DNA of 64,000 nt, from the NCBI GenBank assembly GCA_026390445.1, contig JAPLFX010000031.1, positions 31,768-95,767 on the forward strand. The letters are read 5' to 3'. The notes beneath the pieces are model-generated. The model was not told the DNA's origin. It was given only the letters and a program-made list of their open reading frames with translations, and did not search any database. Source of the stretch: Pseudomonadota bacterium. GTDB lineage: Bacteria; Bdellovibrionota_B; Oligoflexia; Oligoflexales; CAIYRB01. Positions 55,668 to 64,000 of the stretch are shown here, one piece after another (the first letter of the stretch is position 1; each line of letters starts with the position of its first letter). Position numbers and translations under genes: made by a program.

Positions 55668-57704
55668 ATGCTTAGGCTCAGGCTCGCCTCACAGCTCATC
55701 ATGATCAGCGCGATGCTCGCCACAGGTTGCACCACTCCTGATAAGAGTCCTGAACCCAAAGAGGAACGTGTCAGTGTAAAGCCGCGACGCAACTTCATCA
55801 TCTTTGTCGCCGACGGTCTTAGGCCTGGATCCGTGACCAAGGAACTCGCGCCAACTCTGACCAGGCTCCGTGAGCAGGGTGTGTCGTTTCGCAATTCACA
55901 CTCTCTCTACCCAACCTTCACCACGGCCAACGCCTCATCCATCGCGACTGGGCACTATCTTGGCGACACCGGCGACTTTGCCAACATGCTCTATGTTGGC
56001 TATAGGACCTTTAGCTCGGGCAGCTTTAGCAAGAAACCGGCGGCGACGATGGTCCCTTTTATTGAGACCGATCCCGTCCTAGCTGACCTCGACGAACACT
56101 TTGGCGGCAACTTTCTCAGTGAGGAGAGCTTGCTATCGATCGCACGCGCAGCCGGCTACCAGACCGCCGCGGTCGGCAAAATCGGCCCCGTCCTGCTCCA
56201 AGATGTTACGCAAAGCGAGGGCTTAGCCAAGGGCCAAGCACCAAGTGCAACCATCATCATCGACGATGCTACGGGAAGTGCTGATGGGCTTCCTTTGCCG
56301 CCGCGCGTGCAGCAAAGTCTGACCGCAGCCAAGCTGAGTACCAGCGCGCCTAAACGCAATAATGGCGCCGCACCAGGATCAAGCGGCGACAACGGCTTTC
56401 TCGGCAACCTCAAAACACCTGGTACCACCGCGGCAAACGTCGTGCAGCAGCAGTACTTCGCCGACACGGTCACCAAGGCCATTTTACCGCTGTTCCAAAG
56501 TGACGCAGCACCCTTCGGCCTGGTCTATTGGTCGCGCGATCCAGACGGATCGCAGCACAATCAGGGCGACAGCCTTGGCAAGGTCGTTCCTGGTATCAAT
56601 GGTCCAACCAGCAAGGCCGCTGTCCGAAACGTCGATGCCAATCTGCATCAGATCCTTGCTTATCTCGACGCGCACCCAGACGTCGCTAAAAACACCGTCC
56701 TGTTTATAACCTCCGACCATGGTTTCTCGACCATCAGCCGTCACGATCTGGGTCTAAAAGGCGAGGCGGTCAAAGGTTCGTACGCGCAGACCTTGATCCA
56801 CCGCGATGACCACGGGCAACAGAACGTCGCCACCGGCTTTCTACCCCTCGGCTTTCTCGCCATCGATATTGCCCATGCCCTCGCCTTGCCGATCTTTGAC
56901 CCGGAGGCCCAGATCACCTCGGGCAAGACCACCACCTACAAGCGCGTCGATCCAACATTGACCAAAGCATCGAAAACCGTCGCGCACCACCTCAGCGCCG
57001 GCAACGCCTTGATCGGTGGTACTGGCAAGATCAACGGCGGCAGCGACGCCCAAGTCATCATCGCTGTCAATGGCGGCTCCGATCTGATCTACCTGCCGCG
57101 CCACGACGCCAAACTAGCAAAAAAGATCGTCACCTTCCTGGCCTCCCAGGACTACGTCAGTGGGCTCTTCACCGACGATAGCCTTGGCGACCTTCCCGGA
57201 GCTTTACCGTTGTCGGCGATCAACTTGGTCGGCTCAGGGCGCTTACCGCTGCCGTCCATCGTCGTCAATTTTCGCTCCTTCGCCACGGACCCCGCTCATC
57301 CCACGCAGAGCCAAGTGGATATCTGCGACACGGCGCTGCAACAAGGCCAAGGGATGCACGGCGGATTCGGCCGCGGCGATACCTTCAACACCATGATCGC
57401 CTACGGACCCGATTTCAAAACCAGCTTTGTCGATCAGAGTCCTGCGAGCAACGCCGATGTCGCGGTCACCATCGCGCATATCCTCGGACTGCATCTACCG
57501 ACCAAGGGCAAGTTATCTGGGCGCGTCCTCGTGGAAGCGCTCAAGGACGGCCCGAACGAAGTCGCGGCGAAGACCACGACGCTACGCTCACGCCCGGCGG
57601 AAGGCAGCGGCAGGGTGACGATTCTAAATCGTCAGGAAGTTGGTTCGACCTGGTATTTTGACGCTGGGGGCTTTGCTGGGCGGACTGTGGGGCTTGCTCC
57701 CTGA
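55668..57704 (+). CDS. alkaline-phosphatase-superfamily phosphodiesterase (NPP-type) lipoprotein
   Basis: ATG 55668 gives MLRLRLASQLIMISAMLATGC. NFIIFVADGLRPG and YPTFTTANASSIATGHY (Thr nucleophile region), and later ITSDHGF. Confidence 0.65.
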   Translation: MLRLRLASQLIMISAMLATGCTTPDKSPEPKEERVSVKPRRNFIIFVADGLRPGSVTKELAPTLTRLREQGVSFRNSHSLYPTFTTANASSIATGHYLGDTGDFANMLYVGYRTFSSGSFSKKPAATMVPFIETDPVLADLDEHFGGNFLSEESLLSIARAAGYQTAAVGKIGPVLLQDVTQSEGLAKGQAPSATIIIDDATGSADGLPLPPRVQQSLTAAKLSTSAPKRNNGAAPGSSGDNGFLGNLKTPGTTAANVVQQQYFADTVTKAILPLFQSDAAPFGLVYWSRDPDGSQHNQGDSLGKVVPGINGPTSKAAVRNVDANLHQILAYLDAHPDVAKNTVLFITSDHGFSTISRHDLGLKGEAVKGSYAQTLIHRDDHGQQNVATGFLPLGFLAIDIAHALALPIFDPEAQITSGKTTTYKRVDPTLTKASKTVAHHLSAGNALIGGTGKINGGSDAQVIIAVNGGSDLIYLPRHDAKLAKKIVTFLASQDYVSGLFTDDSLGDLPGALPLSAINLVGSGRLPLPSIVVNFRSFATDPAHPTQSQVDICDTALQQGQGMHGGFGRGDTFNTMIAYGPDFKTSFVDQSPASNADVAVTIAHILGLHLPTKGKLSGRVLVEALKDGPNEVAAKTTTLRSRPAEGSGRVTILNRQEVGSTWYFDAGGFAGRTVGLAP

Positions 57705-57748
57705 CGCCAGCCTCGCGGTCAAAATGATTGCGCTGGATCTAATTATGC

Positions 57749-57787
57749 CTCACAATAATAATTGTTAGTAACAATTATTATTGTGAG
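57749..57787. promoter_or_regulatory. perfect 39-bp palindrome (19-bp arms, 1-nt centre) abutting the ATPase start
   Basis: ctcacaataataattgtta-g-taacaattattattgtgag, ending 8 nt before ATG 57796. Confidence 0.9.
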
Positions 57788-57795
57788 CGACGTAG

Positions 57796-59073
57796 ATGGA
57801 ATTTATAAATAGAACCAGTGAGTTAGAGAAACTCTCGCGCAAGCGAAGCAAGCTCACAGTTCTATTTGGCCGCAGGCGTGTTGGCAAAACAGCCCTTGTC
57901 ATGGAATTTGCGCGGCAACAAATGTCAGCCGATTCCGTTTTCTATAGCCAGGCTATCGAAGGCGCTGAGTCGCTACAGGTATCGCAGCTTTGTGCTGACT
58001 TGGGCGATCTGCTACCAAGCGTGACTCTGACAAACTGGGTTGAGTTCCTAGCATTGCTCACGACCGTACGGCGCAAGTGCGTTGTGATGATCGATGAGTT
58101 TCCTTATTTGGTCCGAACCTCACCATCACTGCCATCGCGTCTACAAAAGTGGTTGGATCACGACTGCCCTGCCAACATTAATTTGATCCTCCTCGGCTCC
58201 TCACAGACGATGATGCACGACATTTTTCTCAACGGCAGAACGCCCCTCTTTGAGCGCGCCGGCGAGATTATTCATGTAAAGCCGATGGGCTACAAATACT
58301 TCTGCATCAAACTCGACTTAGAGGCGACCGACTTGGACAGTTACTTGCGCTATTCCATGGTTGGAGGAGTTCCAAAGTATTGGGATTATATCGATAAAAA
58401 GTCGTCGGTGCTGCAGCTTGCCGACACCCTGTACTTCGAGGTGGGGTCGCGCCTCGAGAATGAACCAGAACGGTTGCTCAAAGACGAGAATATCGTCGGA
58501 GACCAGGCCAAGTCCATCCTAGAACTAGTCGGCCGTGGCGCAAACCGCCCATCAGAAATTGCTGCAAGAATGTCGGCAAAACAAACTTCTTTGTCAGGTC
58601 CGCTGCAACTCCTAAGGGACGCGTCGCTGCTGCAGCGCGAAACACCGTTTGGCGAAAGCACCCGCAGCACTAAGCGCTCGCTGTATAAGATTTACGACCA
58701 CTGTCTTGCCTTCTGGTACGGCTGCTTTTCGCCCCATAGGTCGCGCTGGGCCCTTTATACAGCGGAAGCAAAACGAAAGATTATTCTCGATCACGCGTCT
58801 AAAATGTTTGAGCAGGACTATAGGGGTCTTTTTCCTCACGCGGCAAGATATTGGGAATCTGGCCTAGAGTTCGACGCTGTTCGCTACGCCGATGCAGATG
58901 GCAACAAGCTCATAGTAACAGAGGTCAAATTTAAATCGTTATCCCCTGAAGAACGGTCTCAAATTGCAAAGTCCACGGCAGACAAGTTCAATCAATCACA
59001 GCTCGCCCACCGATATTCCTGCAGCATCGAGGTCATCGACCTTGGCGACGGCCTTCATGCCCTTAAAGCTTAG
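57796..59073 (+). CDS. ATPase_2 (archaeal-type AAA) ATPase with DUF234-like C-terminal PD-(D/E)xK-like motif
   Basis: FINRTSELEKL...LFGRRRVGKT (Walker A) and VVMIDEFPYL (Walker B). The C-terminal LEFDAV...LIVTEVKF resembles D...ExK. The gene is visibly AT-richer than its neighbours. Confidence 0.7.
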   Translation: MEFINRTSELEKLSRKRSKLTVLFGRRRVGKTALVMEFARQQMSADSVFYSQAIEGAESLQVSQLCADLGDLLPSVTLTNWVEFLALLTTVRRKCVVMIDEFPYLVRTSPSLPSRLQKWLDHDCPANINLILLGSSQTMMHDIFLNGRTPLFERAGEIIHVKPMGYKYFCIKLDLEATDLDSYLRYSMVGGVPKYWDYIDKKSSVLQLADTLYFEVGSRLENEPERLLKDENIVGDQAKSILELVGRGANRPSEIAARMSAKQTSLSGPLQLLRDASLLQRETPFGESTRSTKRSLYKIYDHCLAFWYGCFSPHRSRWALYTAEAKRKIILDHASKMFEQDYRGLFPHAARYWESGLEFDAVRYADADGNKLIVTEVKFKSLSPEERSQIAKSTADKFNQSQLAHRYSCSIEVIDLGDGLHALKA

Positions 59074-59255
59074 AAACTGTCCCAAAGTGGCATTGGCACC
59101 CCCGCCGACTCGCCTCGCAACCAATTGAAAACACCAGACTTAGCCACAAACCAAGACCTCCAGCCTAAAGTTTTTTCCACAATGCACGATACGCCCCTTA
59201 GCTAGGATTTCTAGCTTTAGGAGCAACCTACCGTTTAGCTCCGTGGAGAAGCACC

Positions 59256-59810
59256 TTGCGTATGCACAGCACCTTGACCGTCTTGCTCACCAGCATCTAC
59301 CTCTCCTGGTCGCTTCCCGCACTCGCCAAAGGTGACGGCGACGGTGATCACACGTCTAAGCATAAAAGTACGCAAGCACCGGCTAAGAAGAAGTTTCACT
59401 ACAACCCGTGGAAAGATGACCCAACCTATAAGTTCTACCTATCTGGCAAGGTCGCGCTCGCACCAGAATTGACCTCGGCAGCCAAAGATGTTCGCGAGGT
59501 TTATATCGAGCTCTACACCGCAGGCACCGAAGGTGCGCAGCCCTATGCCTGGACCAAATACGTGCTGATTGCTGATCCAATTGGAGACTTTCTCGACTTC
59601 AAGGTCACCGAGAAGAACATCCATTTTACCAGCCTATATCCCGACCGGAACACCCCCATGCCAACGCTCAAGATCCGTCTCACCAAGTACGGACTCATGG
59701 GCGCCGAGTCTCCCGGCGACCTCATCGGCACCGTCCAGGGCGTCAAAATCGGTGATGATGAGCTGGTCGTGACGGTGAATCGCCCCGCAACACCGGTGTA
59801 TGCACACTAG
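59256..59810 (+). CDS. hypothetical secreted protein
   Basis: Signal peptide MRMHSTLTVLLTSIYLSWSLPALAKG (start TTG 59256 or ATG 59262). No motif is recognised. Confidence 0.5.
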   Translation: MRMHSTLTVLLTSIYLSWSLPALAKGDGDGDHTSKHKSTQAPAKKKFHYNPWKDDPTYKFYLSGKVALAPELTSAAKDVREVYIELYTAGTEGAQPYAWTKYVLIADPIGDFLDFKVTEKNIHFTSLYPDRNTPMPTLKIRLTKYGLMGAESPGDLIGTVQGVKIGDDELVVTVNRPATPVYAH

Positions 59811-59930
59811 GCAGGCGAGCGAAAAAAATTTTTCGTTTAAGCCAGAGCTTGCAATGCGCCTAGTTTATCAATAAATTCGTCGCCAGGACCCCCCGACTGG
59901 TTTTTTGATAAATTTATGGAGAGTGTACCT

Positions 59931-61310
59931 ATGCGTTTGCATGCATTTAGCAAGGGCCTTATCGCTCTTAGCTTCGGTTTAGCCGCCACAGCCTCGCACG
60001 CCGCCACGGTTGCTGTCGTCGACAGCGGCCTCGATACCGAGTCCAAAGATCTGGCGACAAAGATTTGGTTGAACCCGATCGACAGCACCTTAGACGGCAT
60101 CGACCAAGACAACAACGGCTTCATCGATGACATTCACGGCTGGAGCTTCGTCGACAACTCCTACAAGTTGATCGATCACAAGTACGCAAACCTCTACAGC
60201 AACGATATCGTCCGCTTCTTCGCCGTGCAGTCGGCCGGCTTAAAGGGTAAGGCCACAGCCGAGGACAAGGCTTGGGCCAATAGCCTGCGCAAGGATAAAA
60301 GCTTTACCAAGCGGCTATCCACCTACGGTAACTATGCCCACGGTACCCATGTGTCTGGCATCGTCGCCAACCAAGGCGACGGCGTTAAGGTCCTAGGTGT
60401 TAAACTCCTCGCCACAGAAAATCCCCTCGGCAGCATCCGCGACTCCGTGAGCCAAGCCTTGGCCGACGGTCAAGACATCAATTTCATCCTTCGCGTCATC
60501 ATCAAAGGCGGCCTAGGACTTCTGGCCCAAGCTCAGGCCCAAGTATTTACCCAGATCGGCGAATACGTCGGCGGTCACAAGGTGGACGTCGTCAACGGCT
60601 CCTTCGGCATCGGCCCCGTGCAAGCACGGGTGTTGCTAACTCCGCTGCTCACCCTTGCCAGTGGCCATCAACCCGCGGCTAAATTGGTCGATGAATTCGT
60701 CACCTTCTTTCTCGGCGAGGTGATCGACAAACAAGCCGCCTTTGTCAACGCCGCCCCCAGCACCTTGTTCGTCTTCGCCTCGGGTAACGATGGCAGCAAC
60801 AACGATCTGTTGCCGACCGCTCCAGCCAATATTAAAAGCGATCGGGTGATCTCCGTCGCCGCAACCTTTGCCGACGGTCGCCTGGCTCCATTTTCCAATT
60901 TTGGCGCCAAAACAGTTGATCTAGCGGCCCCAGGAGTCGCGATCGAATCCACCGTCCCCGAGGATCACCGCCTCTTGCTGTCTGGCACCAGCCAAGCTGC
61001 ACCGCATGTTGCTGGCACTGCTGGTGCGATCAAAACCTTGAACCCAGCCTTGACCCCCGTTCAGATCAAACAAATCATCATCGGCACGGTCGACATCAAG
61101 CCTGAGCTGAAGGACAAAGTGAAGTCGAGCGGTATCCTCAACAATCTGCGCGCCCAAGAAGCCGCCAGACTGAGCCTCAACGACTCCCTTGATAGCGCGA
61201 TCGCTCATGCACGCAGCCAGGTACCTGACGTAGCAACCGAAGAGGCCTTGGTCGGCACACCAGATATGTCCCTGTGGCTCGATCTGCAGCCGCACGTCTT
61301 GAGCAACTAA
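59931..61310 (+). CDS. secreted subtilisin-like serine protease (S8)
   Basis: Catalytic triad blocks VAVVDSGLD, HGTHVSGIVA and SGTSQAAPHVAG. ATG 59931 is preceded by GGAGAG and followed by the signal MRLHAFSKGLIALSFGLAATASHA. Confidence 0.9.
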   Translation: MRLHAFSKGLIALSFGLAATASHAATVAVVDSGLDTESKDLATKIWLNPIDSTLDGIDQDNNGFIDDIHGWSFVDNSYKLIDHKYANLYSNDIVRFFAVQSAGLKGKATAEDKAWANSLRKDKSFTKRLSTYGNYAHGTHVSGIVANQGDGVKVLGVKLLATENPLGSIRDSVSQALADGQDINFILRVIIKGGLGLLAQAQAQVFTQIGEYVGGHKVDVVNGSFGIGPVQARVLLTPLLTLASGHQPAAKLVDEFVTFFLGEVIDKQAAFVNAAPSTLFVFASGNDGSNNDLLPTAPANIKSDRVISVAATFADGRLAPFSNFGAKTVDLAAPGVAIESTVPEDHRLLLSGTSQAAPHVAGTAGAIKTLNPALTPVQIKQIIIGTVDIKPELKDKVKSSGILNNLRAQEAARLSLNDSLDSAIAHARSQVPDVATEEALVGTPDMSLWLDLQPHVLSN

Positions 61311-62272
61311 CCGTTAAAGCGGCGAGTCCTTTGTTTAAGCGCCTCGATCTTCACCGGATCGGGGCGCTGCTCTTTCACCTCTGTCACTCGCCCGGCCAGA
61401 TCAGGCGGCAGAGTTCCCAGAATCTCCATCTCATACGCCATCCAGACGCCAAACTCCCGGTACACCAGCTCGCGCATCATCAGCGTCAGCTCAAGAATGG
61501 CCCGGCTTGACGCCCCTTTATTATAGACGAAATTGGCATGCAGCGGACTGACCTCGGCACCACCGTGCTTAAGCGCTTTGGCACCCGCCTGTTCAAGCAG
61601 CAACCCACTAGGCAGTCCTATCCCGTAATCATTCTTAAAGACACAACCGCACGACGGATAATCGAACTGTCCCTTGGCGATGCGGTCATCGGCGCAGGCC
61701 TGCATCTTCCTGGCGACTTCTGCTTTGTCCCCCGGAGCAAGCTGCAACTCAACGCTCGCGATGAGATCGCCGTTAGTCATGAACACCGTATCCTTGTAAC
61801 CGCGGAACATCGACCGATCCCGGTACGTCCGCACCTCGCCGCTGCGACTAACCGCCGTTACCTCCGCCACGACCTGACTGATCTCGCCGCCGTAGCAGCG
61901 CGCGTTCATCCGCACCGTACCGCCGATTTGCCCAGGCAGTCGGTTCATCCACGCCACACCATCTAGGCCGTGCTGCAGCGCAACCTCGGCCAAGCGGGTA
62001 TTTTCCACCCCAGCACCCACGCGCAGCCGTTGACCAGTCACCGCGACCTGGTCGAGGCCTTGAAAGACGACGAAGGCCCCAGCGAAGGGCTCATCCATCA
62101 CCAGGGAGTTGCTCCCTGCACCCAAGGCGATGAGCGGCTGACCAAGCCGCTGCGATCTTTTTACCGCATCGGCCAACTCGTTCATCGACGTTGGTCGGTA
62201 GAGTTCGCCGCAGACACCACCTGTTCCGTAGTACGAATAGGCTTTAAGATGGACCGACCGAAAGCTCGTCAT
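61307..62272 (-). CDS. murB: UDP-N-acetylenolpyruvoylglucosamine reductase
   Basis: FAD-binding N-terminal domain (GAGSNSLV), SCGCVFKN, and GGAEVSPLHANFVYN. Confidence 0.9.
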   Translation of the reverse strand: MTSFRSVHLKAYSYYGTGGVCGELYRPTSMNELADAVKRSQRLGQPLIALGAGSNSLVMDEPFAGAFVVFQGLDQVAVTGQRLRVGAGVENTRLAEVALQHGLDGVAWMNRLPGQIGGTVRMNARCYGGEISQVVAEVTAVSRSGEVRTYRDRSMFRGYKDTVFMTNGDLIASVELQLAPGDKAEVARKMQACADDRIAKGQFDYPSCGCVFKNDYGIGLPSGLLLEQAGAKALKHGGAEVSPLHANFVYNKGASSRAILELTLMMRELVYREFGVWMAYEMEILGTLPPDLAGRVTEVKEQRPDPVKIEALKQRTRRFNG

Positions 62273-62273
62273 C

Positions 62274-62597
62274 TCAATCTTCTTCGTCGGGAAACGTGCG
62301 AAACAACTCGTCTTGCAGCGCTGCGTAGGCGTCCCCGTTTGGCGTCACCAGCGTGATCCGGCGCACCGTCGGTTCCTGCCTAGGTCCAGATAAAAACGCC
62401 TTGAGTAGGGCCATGACGTCTTGCTGACCGTGTTCGCCAAGCTGCGCCGCAGTGACGGCTACATGCCGCGCCCTTTGCCTGTCGCCAGACTGCAGTCCAG
62501 CCAAAGTCGGCGGCACCACCAAGTCCACGGCAAAAAGCGCAAGCTCGCCTTGAAACAGGTCGATTGCTGCGCCCCCATACCGCCGAATCCCTAACAT
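62274..62597 (-). CDS. hypothetical protein (107 aa)
   Basis: The ORF fills the sucD-murB gap exactly and its stop abuts the murB start. No motif is recognised. Confidence 0.35.
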   Translation of the reverse strand: MLGIRRYGGAAIDLFQGELALFAVDLVVPPTLAGLQSGDRQRARHVAVTAAQLGEHGQQDVMALLKAFLSGPRQEPTVRRITLVTPNGDAYAALQDELFRTFPDEED

Positions 62598-62617
62598 CGC
62601 GCTCCTTCGGTGCTCGC

Positions 62618-63493
62618 CTATCTCATCTTCTTGGCCAGGGTGACACCCATATCAGCCGGTGAATCCACCACGGATACACCCGCTGAGCGTAGCGCGTCCA
62701 TCTTTTCAGCCGCGGTACCGTGACCACCGGAGATGATCGCACCGGCATGGCCCATGCGTTTTCCTGGAGGCGCCGTTTGCCCGGCGATAAAGCCAGCGAC
62801 GGGCTTTTTAATGTTTTCTTTAATAAATTTGGCGGCTTTAATCTCTGCGTCGCCGCCGATCTCACCGATCAAGATGATGCCTTTGGTCTCGGGATCACGC
62901 TCGAACATGATCAACATGTCGATGAAGTTAGTCCCATTGATTGGGTCGCCACCGATGCCAACGCAGGTCGTCTGGCCAAGCCCCACCGTCGTGGTCTGAT
63001 GCACTGCTTCGTAGGTCAAGGTGCCGGATTTGGACACGATGCCGACGACGCCGCGTTTGTGAATATAGCCGGGCATGATGCCGATTTTGCATTCACCTGG
63101 GGTGATGACTCCAGGGCAGTTTGGACCGACCAGACGCGACTTAGATCGATCGAGCGCTTTGCGCACTGGGACCATGTCCAAGACGGGTATGCCTTCGGTG
63201 ATACAGACGATCAGTTCGATCTCGGCCGCAATCGCTTCGAGGATGGCATCGGCCGCAAACGGCGGCGGCACAAAAATCATCGAGGCCGTGGCCCCGGCCT
63301 TCTCGCGAGCTTCTAGCACAGTATCAAATACCGGCAGGCCGATATGCGTCGTACCGCCTTTACCTGGCGTGACGCCGCCGACAAAGCGGGGCGCGTACTC
63401 ATGGGAAAGCTTGGTATGAAACTCGCCGGATTTCCCGGTGATACCTTGGGTGATGACTCGGGTATGTTTATCGATGAGGATAGCCACGTCCAT
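62618..63493 (-). CDS. sucD: succinyl-CoA synthetase alpha subunit
   Basis: [16 protein letters not shown], the phosphohistidine loop MGHAGAI, and [14 protein letters not shown] 63493 was chosen by fit to the family N-terminus. Confidence 0.93.
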   Translation of the reverse strand: MDVAILIDKHTRVITQGITGKSGEFHTKLSHEYAPRFVGGVTPGKGGTTHIGLPVFDTVLEAREKAGATASMIFVPPPFAADAILEAIAAEIELIVCITEGIPVLDMVPVRKALDRSKSRLVGPNCPGVITPGECKIGIMPGYIHKRGVVGIVSKSGTLTYEAVHQTTTVGLGQTTCVGIGGDPINGTNFIDMLIMFERDPETKGIILIGEIGGDAEIKAAKFIKENIKKPVAGFIAGQTAPPGKRMGHAGAIISGGHGTAAEKMDALRSAGVSVVDSPADMGVTLAKKMR

Positions 63494-63556
63494 TGCTCCT
63501 TGTTCGCCTACCATCGAGGGCAGCGGGTTGATGCGGACACCAGCACGGCGGGCCGT

Positions 63557-64000
63557 CTATTTGACTTTTTTTGCCGCCGCGACGACTTGACGCGCGCCGT
63601 CGTTCATATCGGTGGCGTTGATCAGATTGAGGCCTGACTCGGCCAGCATCTTGCGCCCAAGTTCGACATTGGTGCCTTCTAAACGAACGACCACCGGCAC
63701 CTTGACACCGACCTCGCGCGAGGCGGCGATCACGCCCTCGGCGATGACATCACAGCGCATGATGCCGCCAAAGATATTGACGAACAGCGCTTTAACCTTA
63801 GCGTCCGACAGCAGAATCTTAAAGGCGTTGGTCACCATCTCCTTGGTCGCGCCGCCACCGACGTCGAGGAAGTTAGCGGGAACCCCACCGTTGAGCTTGA
63901 TGATATCCATCGTCGCCATTGCCAAGCCAGCGCCATTGACTAGGCAACCGATATTGCCGTCCAGACCGATGTAGTTCAGCCCGTACTTGGAGGCCGCAAC
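63557..64000 (-). CDS. sucC: succinyl-CoA synthetase beta subunit, C-terminal part (5' end outside the window)
   Basis: The frame is open to the window edge. [29 protein letters not shown] and [10 protein letters not shown]. Confidence 0.93.
   Translation of the reverse strand, partial: VAASKYGLNYIGLDGNIGCLVNGAGLAMATMDIIKLNGGVPANFLDVGGGATKEMVTNAFKILLSDAKVKALFVNIFGGIMRCDVIAEGVIAASREVGVKVPVVVRLEGTNVELGRKMLAESGLNLINATDMNDGARQVVAAAKKVK

Noticed and set aside
1-64000. CRISPR arrays, IS elements or transposases, integrases, prophage genes, rRNA/tRNA genes
   Set aside because: I saw no regularly spaced direct repeats, no transposase- or integrase-like ORFs and no tRNA cloverleaf candidates in the intergenic gaps I inspected. 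The only compositionally foreign-looking segment is the single ATPase gene at 57.8-59.1 kb, which has no flanking direct repeats that I could see.

Overview
The window is a densely coding, GC-rich (by eye) chromosomal segment from a flagellated diderm bacterium. I saw no rRNA, tRNA, CRISPR array, IS element or prophage. Layout: (i) 0.1-10 kb holds housekeeping genes: xthA, a canonical PilZ protein, tatB, lysA, lysC, a DTW-domain protein, a pseudouridine synthase, sodB, a cytochrome c and two paralogous putative outer-membrane proteins. (ii) 10.3-23.7 kb is a polar-type flagellar export and regulation cluster: fliL-fliM-fliN-(long fliO-like)-fliP-fliQ-fliR-flhB-flhA-flhF-flhG-fliA-cheY, then a PilZ-like gene and a DUF2802-like gene. 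(iii) 25.3-30.4 kb (minus strand) is nrdA-nrdB followed by an alpha/beta hydrolase and an HtpX-like protein that has lost its HExxH motif. Tandem NrdR-type boxes overlap the nrdA promoter. (iv) 30.8-34.2 kb holds an MprF-TM-like membrane protein and a protein with two degenerate receiver domains plus TPRs. (v) 34.2-48.1 kb (minus strand) is the most unusual part. Four genes are chained by stop/start overlaps: an AsmA/YdbH-like protein (1252 aa), a YdbL-like (DUF1318) lipoprotein, a roughly 2560-aa predicted lipoprotein with a TolB-type PD40 propeller, very long TPR arrays and two CHAT (caspase-like) modules, and a 497-aa orphan lipoprotein. A separately expressed 80-aa Cys-rich secreted peptide follows. 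(vi) 48.2-64 kb returns to housekeeping: pckA, an FAD oxidase, dacB, trxB, mrp/apbC, DUF971, an AlkP-superfamily phosphodiesterase, an S8 protease, murB, sucD and partial sucC. This stretch is interrupted by a visibly AT-richer single-gene insert encoding an ATPase_2/DUF234-type ATPase, preceded by a perfect 39-bp palindrome. All functional calls rest on motifs read directly from the supplied translations. No database search was possible.
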